Below are positions 11,804 to 24,971 of a stretch of DNA of 64,000 nt, piece after piece. The stretch spans positions 59,644,001-59,708,000 of the forward strand of contig CM060733.1 in the NCBI GenBank assembly GCA_030704615.1, written 5' to 3'. The notes under the pieces are model-generated. The model had not been told where the DNA came from. It was given only the letters and a program-made list of their open reading frames with translations, and searched no databases. Made by a program: the position numbers and the translations under genes. The stretch's first letter is position 1. Every line of letters starts with the position of its first letter. This DNA is from Takakia lepidozioides. Lineage: Eukaryota; Plantae; Bryophyta.

Positions 11804-14213
11804 ATGGATCTCTCCCTCAAGACAGTGGCCCTGATCATGTCAGTGCTTCTGAACCTGGCCTTATGGCTGCCTCAGCAACAACTGCTGCAGCTGACAAATC
11901 CTCCCCACTGGCCGACTGCCGCAGTTCAAGCTGCAGAAGCTGCAGCTTTGCATTGGTGTTCGGGGCATGGCATCGTGTTTGTGGACACAATGGCAGTTGA
12001 TGGTGCAGGAACCCCTGTGTGTGTGAGTGCCATGACTGCTTTACTGGGCCTGACTGTGCCCTCCGCATCCCAGCCTGTTGCTGATGCTAACAGGTGCCCC
12101 CTAAGTTTTTTGCCTCTGTATACTTTCCTTTCGAGCATTCTTCTCTTTTTTCCTCTTCGACCAAAAATAGTTAGCGTTATTGTATGGCCTTCATGTATTG
12201 CTCACCATTCTGTGAGTTGCTGAAGACATTTCATAGTCTTGAGCACTTTTTAGAACTGCTGTATCCACAATGTTGAGAGTTCCACAGTTAGTGGTATGTT
12301 TTTTGAATGCAGCGGAGACCCCCTTCTTTTTGAAGCATATTGGAGGCAGAATGCAGAGTTGGGTACAGTGGTTATACCAGGGTGGTATCGCATGAGCTAC
12401 CAAACTGGGGAATCTGGCCGAACTCTCTATACAGAGGCACTTGAGGCTTCCATTCGGGCCCTGCATGCGCTGGTGGGCAATGCAGTGACAGAGGGCCGCT
12501 ACGTCGTGGTGGGCACTGGTTCCCTGCAGCTCATCAATGCTGCGGTCTCTAGCCTTGCCCTTGACAGCTCTGCAACTGTCTCCAATGTGGTTTCTCGTCC
12601 CCCTTTCTACGGGGTACACATTTCTTACGAGAATCTTATGGGAGCTTGTACTTAATGAGAGACTTGCTCGAACACCCTTTTCTGTCCTTTACTTTCCTTT
12701 TGGACACTGACAGAGGCTATTTTGCGCTGCTGTAGGTCTGCATGCTTTGTCAAGCACCCAGGCATTCTAGGAACTAACATGTGGATCTTTCCTCATAAGT
12801 ACCTTGTGAGTTTTTGGAGATCCATCCAGCTACTTGTACATAGGAGTTAAGTAGTCACAATTGGTGTATCTCTGCAGGCCTATCATTCACAGACTGAGTT
12901 TTTTGCAACACCACATTATCGATGGGCAGGAGATTCCAAGCAGTTTCCTCCTATTCCAAAAGGAGAAGCAGTGATTGAACTAATAGCATCGCCCAACAAT
13001 CCTGATGCATCCATTCAAGAGGTGGCATGGAATGGGACTGCTTCCATAATATATGACCATGCCTACTACTGGCCGCACCTCACTGCCATGACAAAGCCTG
13101 TTGACCAGGATATCATGCTCTTTACTCTGTCAAAGGTCACTGGCCATGCGGGCAGCCGTGTTGGGTATCCACTCTACCTCCTTTCTTGGATTTGCACCTC
13201 CAGGAATCAGGACAAAGAGCAAATAAAGCAGGCCACCCTTTCCTCTTGTGCGTTTGCTTGAGCAGCCACCACAACCATAAAGGGTTACCTGACTTGGAGC
13301 TGGTTATGTGATGCAGATGGGCAATAGTGAAGGACCCCAGCATATATTTGAGGATGATGGAGTATGTGCAATATAACACATTGGGTGTATCTCATGATTC
13401 ACAGCTGCGTGCCACACAACTTCTGAATACAGTGCTGAAAACCTATTCAAAGCACCCCGTTTCACAGCAGCAAGGGCTTTTCCACTTCGGGAAAGAAGTT
13501 CTGCAAGCGCGCTGGGCCAGGCTGCAGTCTATCTTCAATGTCTCCTCCCGGTTTACACTCCAGCGCTTGGAACCACAGTACTGCTCCTTCTTTGGGAAGC
13601 TGTCTGCCCCTTCTCCAGGTGCCTGCCCAGTCGTGCCAAATTTGTGATGAATTTTTTCATAATGGTTAAGTGAAACTAAAGGATAGACAGTCATGCTGCA
13701 CCTAATCAGGGAAAACATGGAAGAAGAGACTTACTTGAATGCACTATGGTTTTTGTTACCAGGCACTAGCGAGCACTAACTTGGTCTGAGTAGGAAGCAG
13801 ATTTGGACCAATTTCTTGTCAGTCCATTCTCCATTATATTGGTCCTCAGATTAAACTACATTCTAGAATGGCCCTGTTTACTGGAAGGTTGAGTGACTTG
13901 TGAGGAAAGAACTGAAGAGAAAGGGACTCTGATCCCAAGTCCAGCGGCTCTGTAATCCCTTTGCAAGTGATCATTGAGATGTGATTGTTGACTGATTGAT
14001 TTTGTGTGTTGTATAATAGGATATGCATGGGTTCACTGCGAGTGGGAGGAAGATGGAGACTGTTTAGCTGTGATGAGTGCAGCCGGCATAATTGGGCGAG
14101 CAGGCAATGCTTTTGGAACTGATGATCGTTACGTGCGCCTCAGCCTACTCAAACGCCAGTCCGACTTCGACAATTTGGCTGACCACCTTGTTGCACTCAT
14201 TGCAGAGGGCTAA
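11804..14213 (+). CDS. TAR: Alliinase-like / tryptophan aminotransferase-related PLP enzyme with N-terminal anchor and EGF-like domain; 5 exons (about 11804-12093, 12313-12613, 12878-13164, 13317-13618, 14040-14213)
   Basis: CSGHG; ADAN|SGDPLLFEAYW; LHALVGNAVTEGRYVVVGTGSLQL; SPNNPD; YDHAYYWPH; PLP-lysine motif FTLSKVTGHAGSRVGW; YAWVHCEWEED; GT-AG introns at the junctions. Confidence 0.92.
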
Positions 14214-14329
14214 TGGACTGTCCTGTGTCCTCCTTCACGCTGTGAGTGTTGGATGACAAGGCAGGGAATCAGAAGCCATGATTACCCCAGCACATGTTTG
14301 TCAGAGCAGCTGTCAACTGGGATGGTGGC

Positions 14330-14960
14330 CTATATGTTAATTGCATCAGGTGTAGCCTGGTGTTCAACTGTGGGTATTCAGTTCTAGAGGGTATTAAATG
14401 GGACACATGTTCATCTCTGTTGAATATGCTGCCCAGTCCATCGTGTGGTTTTCAACTGTGGTTGAATTCAAACCATTCATATGAAGTCCAACCGTGGTTG
14501 GATAACAAACGGCCTGTAGGTGATACAATGGGATCCATTCATCTATGGTTGAATATACTGCCCATTGGCATATTGTGGTTTTCAGCTGTGGCTGAATACA
14601 AACTATTCATATGAGTGAGATTAGGACATGCATGGTAGACATGACTCTCAACAATGGTGCTGTGCACCTTGTTTGGTTGTATCAGGAGCAGCTGTGCTCT
14701 ACTGGATGGTGGTCTATAGATTTTTTTTCTAAGCATCCTGAATTGCTTACACATTGTGAGCTCATCAGGTGTAGCATGGTGTTCAACTGTGGCTGAATAC
14801 AGAACTATGGAATCCATTTTCATTTATGGTTGAAATTGCATGTGTATAGTGTGGTTTTCAACTGTGGCTGAATACAAGCCATTCATATGTGATAGATAAA
14901 GACAAGCATGGTAGACATGACTTTCAACATTGGTGCTGTGCACCTTGTTTGGTTGTATTG
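14330..14960. repeat. Degenerate local duplications downstream of the TAR-like gene
   Basis: TTCAACTGTGGCTGAATAC-like motif recurs; about 14570-14680 resembles 14850-14960. Confidence 0.55.
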
Positions 14961-16281
14961 TAATACTCTCGGAGTGAATAAATGTATGCATGGCATAGAA
15001 TTAGGTCAGGGCCCTCTTATCAAGAACTCTGCAACTATGCCTTGGACAGCTTGTAGCACCTTGGCATTGCATTCTAATAACCTTGATGTGGCTTCCACGA
15101 GGTGCTGACAAGAAAGTTTGAGTGTCCCGGGACTTCTCTGGAGTGTTGAGATGGAGTGAGAACAATTTGGTCAGTTGCATATCCTTGCTTCATAAGTTGT
15201 TTGTGCAGCATCTGTTCTAAACATCACCCACTCGAGGATTGGGTGGAATAGGAATAGCAAGTGGCATGCTTTAAAAGAGTGTGTATTAAAGTGGCCTCAA
15301 CGTTGTTCCCTTGGCTTTTGGCCTAAGTTCCTGAGCCATGTGCAGATCAGTGGCTCTCGGGACTCAAATTCAAACAAGTGCCTTGCTGGTGATCAAACAA
15401 GTGCAGACTCCTGAATATCTGAATCTTCTTTACCCCTACAGATTGTCACTGACCAGCTATGAAATCCTGTTGCATGAAAGCTCAGGGTTTTTGGTTTTCC
15501 CCAAACTTGAGAGGAGCAATTCTAAGGTAATAAAGTCCAGTATGAATGCCCATAGATAAGACAGGATGATGTCGTTACAACATCAGCAAGTACGCTCCTT
15601 TTGGATAGCACTCCACATTCCCTCTGCAGTACTCAATGATAAGTATCAGACTTTCACCAACGTGAATGTGGTAGAAGATACAGTTGTAATTGTGTAGTTT
15701 CCTCAACACAAAGCCCCGTCTCTTCCGAAAAGATCTACATTTTTCTCGCTCACATGTTCGACTGTATGATATAATGTATCAGAACAAATTGGACTAAACC
15801 ACAGCGTGCCCACGAGTTTGCTCAAGGGGTTGCGAAGGAAAAGCTCCTCTTGGGTTGTCACAGATTCTGCATGTCAGGGGAGAATACTGGAACCACGGCT
15901 TTACCTAACTTGTCGGAGGGTCTGAGAGACACATGTACAGTAGTCTACGAAACACGCTTTTGGGTTTGCATTGATGATCAGTGCAACGTGGGATGGCCAC
16001 GGTGCTGCTCATGCGGAAAGAACGGTGGCTATCACAAGTGCTCGGAGTCGATCCATATCTGTGTGCTGGCAGAGCAGGCTTCTTGGAAATGCGCTTACCC
16101 CGTCACCACCGTCTCGCTCACCCACGCCGCGCTATCTTACACATAAGCATCCAACAAGTGCACAAGCATCCCAATTGTGAGAGTGGGCGGTGCGAGAGAG
16201 AAACTCAGTAATTTGCTAACGTGAGTGGGGCAAGATTGGAATTCACTTTAGGAAGTGCAAGCACATCACAGTCGTTCAGCT

Positions 16282-17363
16282 ATGGCGACCAAGGCGGTTT
16301 GGAATGGGGCTGTGATTGCTGCCACAGACTCGTACGAGACCGTGGAGGGCAATGTCTACTTCCCAGTTTCCTCGGTCAATATGCAGTATGTGAAACCCAG
16401 CTCCACCCACAGCTCCTGCCCTTGGAAAGGCAAAGCCTCATACTACACCTTGGAGGTCGATGGCAAGCAAAACAAGGATGCAGCCTGGTTCTACCCTACG
16501 CCATTGCCAGCCGCCTCCAAAATCAAGGTACACAGAGAGAAGAAGAATATAAACTTTGATTACGGCCACAGTGAAGAGTACCCCCAAAATTCACAGGCAT
16601 TGAAGTTTTACCATCTATCGTGTGTAATTTCTGTCCCTGAGCACTTGCAACAGGAAGTCAGATTTGGGAGTAGTACCGGATTAGTGTGAGAGAATGAAGA
16701 AGCTGCAGCGATTTGGTTGGAAGAGATATGTTCTGGGTTGAAACATCCATGGTTGTTTAGCGTGGAGAGGTCAATTCAAGTTATAATTATTCACTCGAAT
16801 TCAGATGACGGAGGTTGATGCTACGTGTAGAGAAGATACCTTGAGCGGTGGTTGCATGTGGACAATTGGTAACCCCCCTATTGTTGGTGTCTGTACAGTA
16901 GAGTGGACACTGTTAAGATTATCGTGCATTGGTTTTCATCTTGGTTTGAAGGGGAAGTCTTGGAGACTCCTATAGTCTGCGTTGCTGCCAAGGCATGCTG
17001 AATGTGGGTGGATTCTCTTGACAGTAAGGAAAGGAATGAATGAAATGAAGTGGAACTTTAGAATGCAAGGAAAGAAGAAGGAATGGAAAGAAGAAGTTTA
17101 TCAGGAGGGAGAGAATGTACTCATAAGACGTTGTTGGCCGTAGCCTTGTGGCCATTGACCCCGCGCCCAGTTTGAGCGGAACAGAAATTGAGAGACAGTG
17201 AGATTGGCGGCTGGACGTGTAGGAAACATGGATTGATTGGAGTGTATAGATACACAGTATAGAGATACAACCTAATGGGATGTTTTGTAATGTGCATGAC
17301 CTCTTGTGGTGACTGCAGGATCACGTGGCTTTCTGGAAAGAAGTGAAGATAGAGAAAGCTTAG
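16282..17363 (+). CDS. DUF427-family small protein (~96 aa), 2 exons (16282-16527, 17319-17363)
   Basis: MATKAVWNGAVIA...VEGNVYFP...CPWKGKASYY...DAAWFYPTP...IK|DHVAFWKEVKIEKA*; phase-0 GT-AG intron. Confidence 0.88.
17107..17190. repeat. Short dispersed repeat in introns (other copies at about 20190-20300 and 20410-20540)
   Basis: GTACTCATAAGACGTTGTTGGCCGTAGCCTTGTGGCCATTGACCCC...CCCAGTTTGAGCGG shared by three sites. Confidence 0.75.
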
Positions 17364-18234
17364 AAATGATTGCCAACTCCATGCTGGAATATGGCATTTG
17401 GACTTATAGACACTTGGACTACTAGATAGCACATTTTTTCAGACAGAGTGATATAGTGGGTTACAATGTGCACCGCATGAGTGTTTTTGGTTCGGAAGTT
17501 TTGTGAAATGGTACATGGCCTCTTCCCCAGGCAGCTCCCTTCCCCTTCTTTTCCCTTGGGACTCTCTCTAGCGTTGTGTGCTGGACTTCATAGATGAATC
17601 TTATGCTTTTCAAGGAGTAAGCTGAACAACAGAAGTTGTGCCATGTTTCAATGTTCTTTATGCCTGATGGTGGTGGCAGGAGTGGAGGAAGGTAGGCTGA
17701 AAGGGGGTGTTCCATTGATCTCAAAACTTAGTTGTTTTCTAGAAGCAGTCATTGGCAATCACTCCAGTCACATTGCATCCAATCCTTGATGTGCATATCT
17801 ACATATCGAGGAGTCACTGGTGGGTGACTGCAGACTTGCTATCAAGAGTGCTGCTACAAGACAACTAGAAACAGAGGATCACGGCATGCAACATTATGCA
17901 CTATGTTGCGATTGTCAAAGGGCGCCTAGAACTCATATATGTACATCCTATTCCGGGTGGTTTAACTCTCCATACTGCCTTTCCCCTGTTCACTACTGTT
18001 ACGAATGCTCAATACTGCGCAGGTGACAACAGAAGGCCATTTTGTTCATGTCAATCAGCTCCTAGTGAACTTTTATGCAACTGCCAATGGTTCAATATGG
18101 TTGCCAGGCAGGTACTCTTGAACCTCTGTTTTACTACCCTTTTTGAGAGATTTGGTACCTATATAGACCTTTCCAAGGTGGTAAAGCCCCGCAAGGTGGA
18201 CGTTGTAGAAGATCCAAGGTAGATGGGTATGAGA

Positions 18235-21200
18235 TCAAAGAGCACGCTGTTGATAGAAAAGGATGTAGGCTGAAGAGGTGAGAACAGCAGCATCCTGAAC
18301 AGGGTTGACGGAGGCGTCGTTGAAGCAGTACCAAACATTGTTGTCACAGTTTTTGCACTGTGCTGTATAGTGGCCACACCCCATGGACCCAACATGACAG
18401 CACACAGCATACAAGTCGTACACAGAGCCCTGCACTTTCCTTGCTTTTACCCTGCACCCGTCCCCCGCTGCACATCACGTCATGTTTCACCAAGTCACCT
18501 TGGTAATGTGTCCTTTGCTTCAATGCTACAACCCTGTGTCTGTCAGTCTCAGGATTACAATTTTTGTAGGTTGCAATCCGGTGCTTCTACCATTTGAACA
18601 AGGGGATCCAGCATACAATTCAAGTATCCTGCAACAGCACAATCACGCAGTAGTGAATTGAAACAAAACAGCTTAGAACTTTGATAAGACATTCTTCATC
18701 CTCTGTACTTAAGTAGAAAACATTATTCGGTGTCCTACTGCGCTTTATGTGTATGCCTTGTTGGCTCTGCAAAAGCTTCAAGTCTAAGTCCAAGATGCAG
18801 AATGTTTTGACGAGTGTACCCGAAAAAATTTGACGAAAGAAGCAAAGGATTGTTCACTGACCCCAGAAGATTGCTCAGATCCAGTCCTCGGAGTGGATAA
18901 TACACTGGCGTTTCATCCTTGGTATATGAATACCGCTCCACTCCATAGAATCGCTACAACATTTATATGCAATGTGAAAGTAAGAGTTTGAATAAAGTCC
19001 CAGCGTCCTCAAGTTCCAAAATGAAGAATAGGATGGGAGATACCAGAGAGAGGGCAACCTTCCAGTCACCTTCAACCCACTGTGCCCTGCTGGATTACAA
19101 ATACAGGCATTGTGAACTACTAAACGGTCTTGCAAATAGCAGTGCACATCCCAACAATGCCCAGGTTGCAGCTTGCGCTGGAATTGCGTGAGATTTGCCC
19201 TTCTTGGCCACTTCTGCTTCTTTTACTTATGAGAATCTTACAGTCAACAACACTTTCTCAGTATCCAAAGTTTTGATGGGATGGCTTCATATGCTATGCT
19301 TTCTGAAGTTGTCTACCTGTACTTTACCTTTGATAGTAGGTTGAGGGGTTGAAGCACTGAACTCCAGGAAAGGCACCTTGATGTGAAGAACCAGCACAGG
19401 CGGAAGGCGAAATATGCTCAGCTTCTTGGTGGAAGTCCTAGGTGCCTGTCACCAGAAGCCCAGATTACAGATGCATTTTCTGCTGTTGTCCTGTTAAAGT
19501 TAACAAATGTTACTTCTCCAGAAAAGTTTCATGAGTTGCAGTGGACAGTGTGCTGCACTCTGCATCTGTGCTGTGGCCGTTTAATCTCGATACATTTCTG
19601 ACTTGACAAGCGCCAGAGTTTGCCTTTGCTCGTAAGTTTGATGATTTTCAGAGCAGGTTTAGTGACAGAAAATCATTATTTTTCACTTGTGGCTATTAGT
19701 TTACTTGGTATAGCTGGGACTCAAATGTTATGTGGCATATGTATTTGAAGGGAAAAATGGGTTTGTATACCAAAGTGTGCATTGTTTGTGTCTATGCATG
19801 TATGTGTCTGTGGAAGAGACCAAGGAATACCTTACAGTTTGGACAGTAGTATTTTATTGGAGCCTTCAAGCTGCTCAGGAGCCCCAAATGCAGACAGGCA
19901 ATCTTGGAGAGTGACACGCTGCCGGGGGTGGGAGCTACGGAGCTGTTCCCGTGTGATGAGCATGCCATCAGGCTTGGGCAGGGGCAAGGACAGATCCATG
20001 AAAGGATCAAAGCAGTGCGAATTTCGATGACATGCTGAGCACTCTATAGTACTTTGGAGCTGCCCTGTAGTGTTCATAATGATAGCTGAGTGTTAGCCAT
20101 GATCTACATCAGATGAAACTGAATATTATGCAATCTTCCTTCACTTTGCTTGCAAGGGATCTTGCAAAGGTGGAGCAAAAGAGGGAAGAGAACGTATTCA
20201 TAAGACTTTGTTTGCCGCAGCCTTGTGGCCATAGACCCTATGCCCAGTTTGGGCGGAGCAAAAGGGAACAGACACTACCTGGTAGTGGGACTTACCTTGG
20301 TATGACGAATAGTTCCTACTTTCCAGATATCCTCTAGAAAGCCCTTGACACAATCTTCTGTGTGTGAGCTGCCCAGCAATTAGACCCCAACAGGGCCAGG
20401 GCAACGGGGGAAGAGATTGTACTCATAAGACGTTGTTTGCCGTAGCCTTGTGGCCATTGACCCCACGCCCAGTTTGAGCGGGAACAAAAGGGACAGAACC
20501 TACCTCAGTCAGGGGCTGACGTTGGTAGTGTGACTTACCATCATATATAGAATTAATCCGGGTTTTCTAGAAATCCCTTCACACGAGTATCAATCTGCTG
20601 TGTGTGATTTGCCCAAAAACTAGGCCTCAGGAGGGCCTGGGCTTTTGGCTCAGCCTCGAGACTTTCAAAGTTGTTAAACAGGGGTACAGGCACAATTCCC
20701 TTGATAGAATTGAAGAGAGCGTCTCTTTGGTGAGAGAACCCCGGACAACGGGGGAAGAGAGAGCGAGAGAGAGAGCTCAGCTCTTCATGTAAGCCACCAG
20801 GTGTGGAACTGCATTTGTGGTGCACAAAGTTCTAAGGCGGTACATGCTTTGAACTAAATTAAAATGCAGAGGCTTTCTGTTTGTCAAGGCTTCCTGGCTT
20901 GGTACTTAGCTTCTCTATTAGTGGGACGCTAGAAAAACAGCCATTGGAGCTTGGCACCTTTGCATATTTGGTCCTAATCTTGGTCTCATAGTGCTTCATG
21001 TTCTTTTCAGATGGATCTCATCTGCAATACACGGTACGAGAACTTTGATCGATACTCAAAACTAGAACTGGTATTTATTTCCTGTTTACTTTCTGTGGTG
21101 ACCAAGTTGGCACACTTGATACAAGCAGGGTTGAACTGTGTTTTGTAGTTGGCAGATTTTGGATTTCCTCCTCACAAATTCATGAGGGAAGAGAGTTGCG

Positions 21201-23056
21201 TAAGTGCACTGGAATCCCCAAGGGCATATGGGAGACAGAAGAAAGAAATCATAACATCCACAGGAAGCCTTTATTAACTAGAAATGAAATGGTCCTTACT
21301 AATGTCCGCGGAAAGCTCTAAGAGCTTATGGGACATGACAAAGAAATGAACAAGGAAGATAGAGGGGCTCCACAAGCAGCCCAAAAGCAACTATCATCAA
21401 GGGATTGCCAAGAGTCCAATCCTCATGCAGGTAAGCTGCATGAGGATTGGAAAAATGAAATGAAATGGTACTCCATAACATCCACACATCAGGACCATGT
21501 GATGAGCATCTTGAGCATGCTAATCATGATGATCATCTATGCATTGTGGAGAATGATTTGAGCTCTTAGCTGCACTGGAAGGTCCTTTGCTGAATAGGTT
21601 CAGAAGGTCCTCACATAAACATTCAGATATATTGGAACCCCATCCACCCTCTCCTGTGATGTTGTGCCTGAAGGATAACTGCTTCGAAGTGACAAGAGAC
21701 AAAGTTATTGCCTATGCTTCAGTCAGCTGAGAGAGGAGTGTATGCTGCAAAGGGGGTAAATGGACGTACCACAGAATATATCCTGTATAATGGAGTCATG
21801 GCAGGATTTGTGGTAGCGCCATGTCAGCTCTGCCAGCTCTATTTCGGGTTTGGGATCCATGTATAGATCACGGTATGGAGCTGACACTTTTACCCTATTC
21901 AACGCATCATGGAGCCCGTCCAGAATGGCCCTCAACACTTCCTGCTTGCGCCAACACCCACCGTCTGCCCACTGCTTGTCATTTGCCCTCTTGCATTTTT
22001 CTACATATGTTTGAATAGGGAAGCCATTGAATGGTTTCATATCTACGACTCTCTCTCAGCTGACACAGATGACTATCTTTTCTGATTGCTGGGTGGTGCA
22101 TGAGAGGCAGAGAAAGATTGATACTACAAAGAGAATTGACTTAAAGGAACCTGCCAGTATTTTGCCACAGGTTCTGAATTGAGGTTAACAGAGCAGAAGA
22201 CTTCGACAGTGGAATCCCAATGGACATGATGCAAGGTATCGCCAAACATATGATGTGTATGTACAATAGAATGAGCACAAAAGTCATGTGGTTGGCACCT
22301 GAGCATCATGCTGATAAGCACCTGAGAATTGGGGAGCAAAAGCCTGGACACACTGTAAGAAAATGCTGGCACTCACAGTTGAGTATGATGGCCTCCCCCA
22401 CATATCCCTTATAATCTGGTGAAATGCATAGGCCAGAAACTCAGCAAGACTGGCCCACTCCCTTTCTGGCACAGTATGGCGAGGCCCACCCCGCTTCTGA
22501 ATGAGGTCTGAATAAGGTCCTAGCACAGCCGAGGCAAGGGGTAGTGTATGCGCTAAGCATTGCAGGCAGCTGTTTAGGTAGCATGTGTTGCCCTCATTGT
22601 GCAGCCCCACGAGCCCCGCAACATCACCACTGCTGCTGCCCTGCAGCAATTCTGTGTTCTTGTCAAATTCTCGTGGAACCCTTCTTGAACCAGGGTCAGT
22701 TCGCAACTTCATGGCAGACAGTCGACATGTGAGTGAGAGTGGAGATACAGACCCCGAAGATGAACAGCTGCTGCCATCGTACCGCTGCATCTGCCCTCTA
22801 TAGCTGCTGCATCGCTCCTGCGCCTCATCAAGGGACAACTCTGAGTTGTCAGATGATGACTCCTCAGAACACGAAGGCCTGCCCACCCCCACACTGGAAT
22901 ACCCGAAGTCAGAGAAGGGGGTATGTTTGCGTACAGCTTGGGGAGGCCTGTCCACTACTCTGAGGGCACCTTTGAGACAGCTACTATCAGAGAGGTTCCG
23001 CCGACTCTCCTCACGCACTGGTACACGGCTCCGGTCTGTACATGGAGCAATGTTCA
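18235..23056 (-). CDS. Ubiquitin-specific protease (peptidase C19), multi-exon, 5' end lost in the gap
   Basis: Cys box GLHNEGNTCYLNSCLQCL; QHDAQE; GQLQSTIECSAC...DPFMDLSLPL; His box YAVCCHVGSMGCGHYTA...WYCFND...SSAYILFY*. Middle exons not fully resolved. Confidence 0.88.
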
Positions 23057-23556
23057 NNNNNNNNNNNNNNNNNNNNNNNNNNNNNNNNNNNNNNNNNNNN
23101 NNNNNNNNNNNNNNNNNNNNNNNNNNNNNNNNNNNNNNNNNNNNNNNNNNNNNNNNNNNNNNNNNNNNNNNNNNNNNNNNNNNNNNNNNNNNNNNNNNNN
23201 NNNNNNNNNNNNNNNNNNNNNNNNNNNNNNNNNNNNNNNNNNNNNNNNNNNNNNNNNNNNNNNNNNNNNNNNNNNNNNNNNNNNNNNNNNNNNNNNNNNN
23301 NNNNNNNNNNNNNNNNNNNNNNNNNNNNNNNNNNNNNNNNNNNNNNNNNNNNNNNNNNNNNNNNNNNNNNNNNNNNNNNNNNNNNNNNNNNNNNNNNNNN
23401 NNNNNNNNNNNNNNNNNNNNNNNNNNNNNNNNNNNNNNNNNNNNNNNNNNNNNNNNNNNNNNNNNNNNNNNNNNNNNNNNNNNNNNNNNNNNNNNNNNNN
23501 NNNNNNNNNNNNNNNNNNNNNNNNNNNNNNNNNNNNNNNNNNNNNNNNNNNNNNNN
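23057..23556. other. Assembly gap (500 N)
   Basis: Run of N. Confidence 1.
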
Positions 23557-24971
23557 CGCAGTTTCATCCGTCGTCGTGATTTTTCATCCGATGGCACGAT
23601 AGTTCATCCGCTGACGCAGTTTCATCCGTCACCGCGATTCTTCATCCGATAGCGCGATAGTTCATCCACTGACAACATTTCATCCACTGGCGCAGTTTCA
23701 TCCACTACAACCGATTCTCATCCAGGAGCGCCGATTCTCATCCACTGGCTCAATAGTTCATCCGATGGGACAATGGTGGTGCTCCCAACTCTGGGGCAAT
23801 GTTCCCACACGTTCCCATGCGTTCCCAAGCGTTCTCATGCGCTCCCTCGAGTTCCCAAGGAGTTCTCACGTGTTCCCACGCGTTCCCAAGCTAGGGTTTG
23901 CGCCGCTTTGCCTCTGCGATTGCTGCAACGAGCTATGGCTTCTATGGAGCAACTAGAGGTGCTGTTCTTGGTTTCTTGAGCATCAATAGACCACCAAGAG
24001 CGCCTCTAACTCCCTGAGCAAGCTATTTGCCACATAACAAGCTCTCTTTCTCTATAGAACTTATTGAAACAAGCATAGAACAAGCTATTGAGCTCTCTAT
24101 GGCATACCCTCTTCTAGCCACTGCATGCACTCATAGTGCTTCATTCTATGGCCATAGTGGACTTCTTAGAGCTCCTAATCCAACCCTGCACTTGCCATTT
24201 CCATAGACATGCTCTTTCCAAGCTTGGGATTGAAACCCCAACTCAAAGCATGCTCTACAAATACACTACTAACTATTCTCAGATGTCTACCTCCACTCAT
24301 AGCTCTCCTAAGCTTGAAGTTGAAGACTCCCACAAGCTGAAACCGTGCTCCACACATGCACCGCTCGCTCCCTTAACACCCGAGCTCTTCTTGAACTCCT
24401 CAAACCCTGCAACACTTGCAGAATAAGAGCTTCTTCACAAGCTCTCAAACTTTTCAATGGGGCTCTCCTTGAAGACCTCCTCTTGTACATAAACACCACA
24501 AGGCTTTCCTCTTCCAAACCTGCAATACTTTGTAACTTAAGAGCTATCTACCAAGCTCTCTTCCACACAAGTGGTAACTATGCTAACACCTTGTACTCAT
24601 CGATGTAAGCAAGTCGTCTTCTAGTGATACGGAAATGGTGAAAAGAGGATAAACCACTCTATCACGTTATATAAGTCAATCCCATGGCACCTTTGCTAAA
24701 TGACTCCACCATACAGACCTCACCCACTTTCCATCTCAAGAACTAGAGTTATGGCGGCGAGAGAGGCCTCGAGAGGCTCGACTAGAAGAAGACAAGCCTG
24801 CCTACGTCTCACATGGAGATAACCTCTCCACGTTCCAAGTGAGGTTCACCACCTCACTTGGCACATGGAACCAAATGAAGTCCCAATGCCAACAAAATAC
24901 AAATATAAATGTATAATGTCCTAATTAGCTAGAAATAACTATTTCTAATTAATCACAAACAAACCATGATA
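23557..24971 (-). mobile_element. 5' leader and Y-type LTR block (24625-24971) of a diverged sister family of the permuted-LTR Gypsy, inserted in a PPR gene
   Basis: Same layout as 51800-54161 (short tandem repeats, CAAGCTAGGGTTT, GAAACCCCAACTCA); block starts TGATA and ends CATGATA; internal self-complementary PBS. Confidence 0.65.

Noticed and set aside
11804-14213. Assignment as the auxin-biosynthetic TAA1 orthologue
   Set aside because: The EGF-like N-terminus points to the alliinase/TAR3-4-like branch; orthology needs a tree.
20410-20540. Hammerhead or HDV ribozyme in the intronic repeat
   Set aside because: No proper CUGANGA...GAAA core or nested pseudoknot could be built by eye.
22846-23652. 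Long ORFs crossing the gap
   Set aside because: Artefacts of translating N; the two sides (USP gene, retroelement leader) are unrelated.
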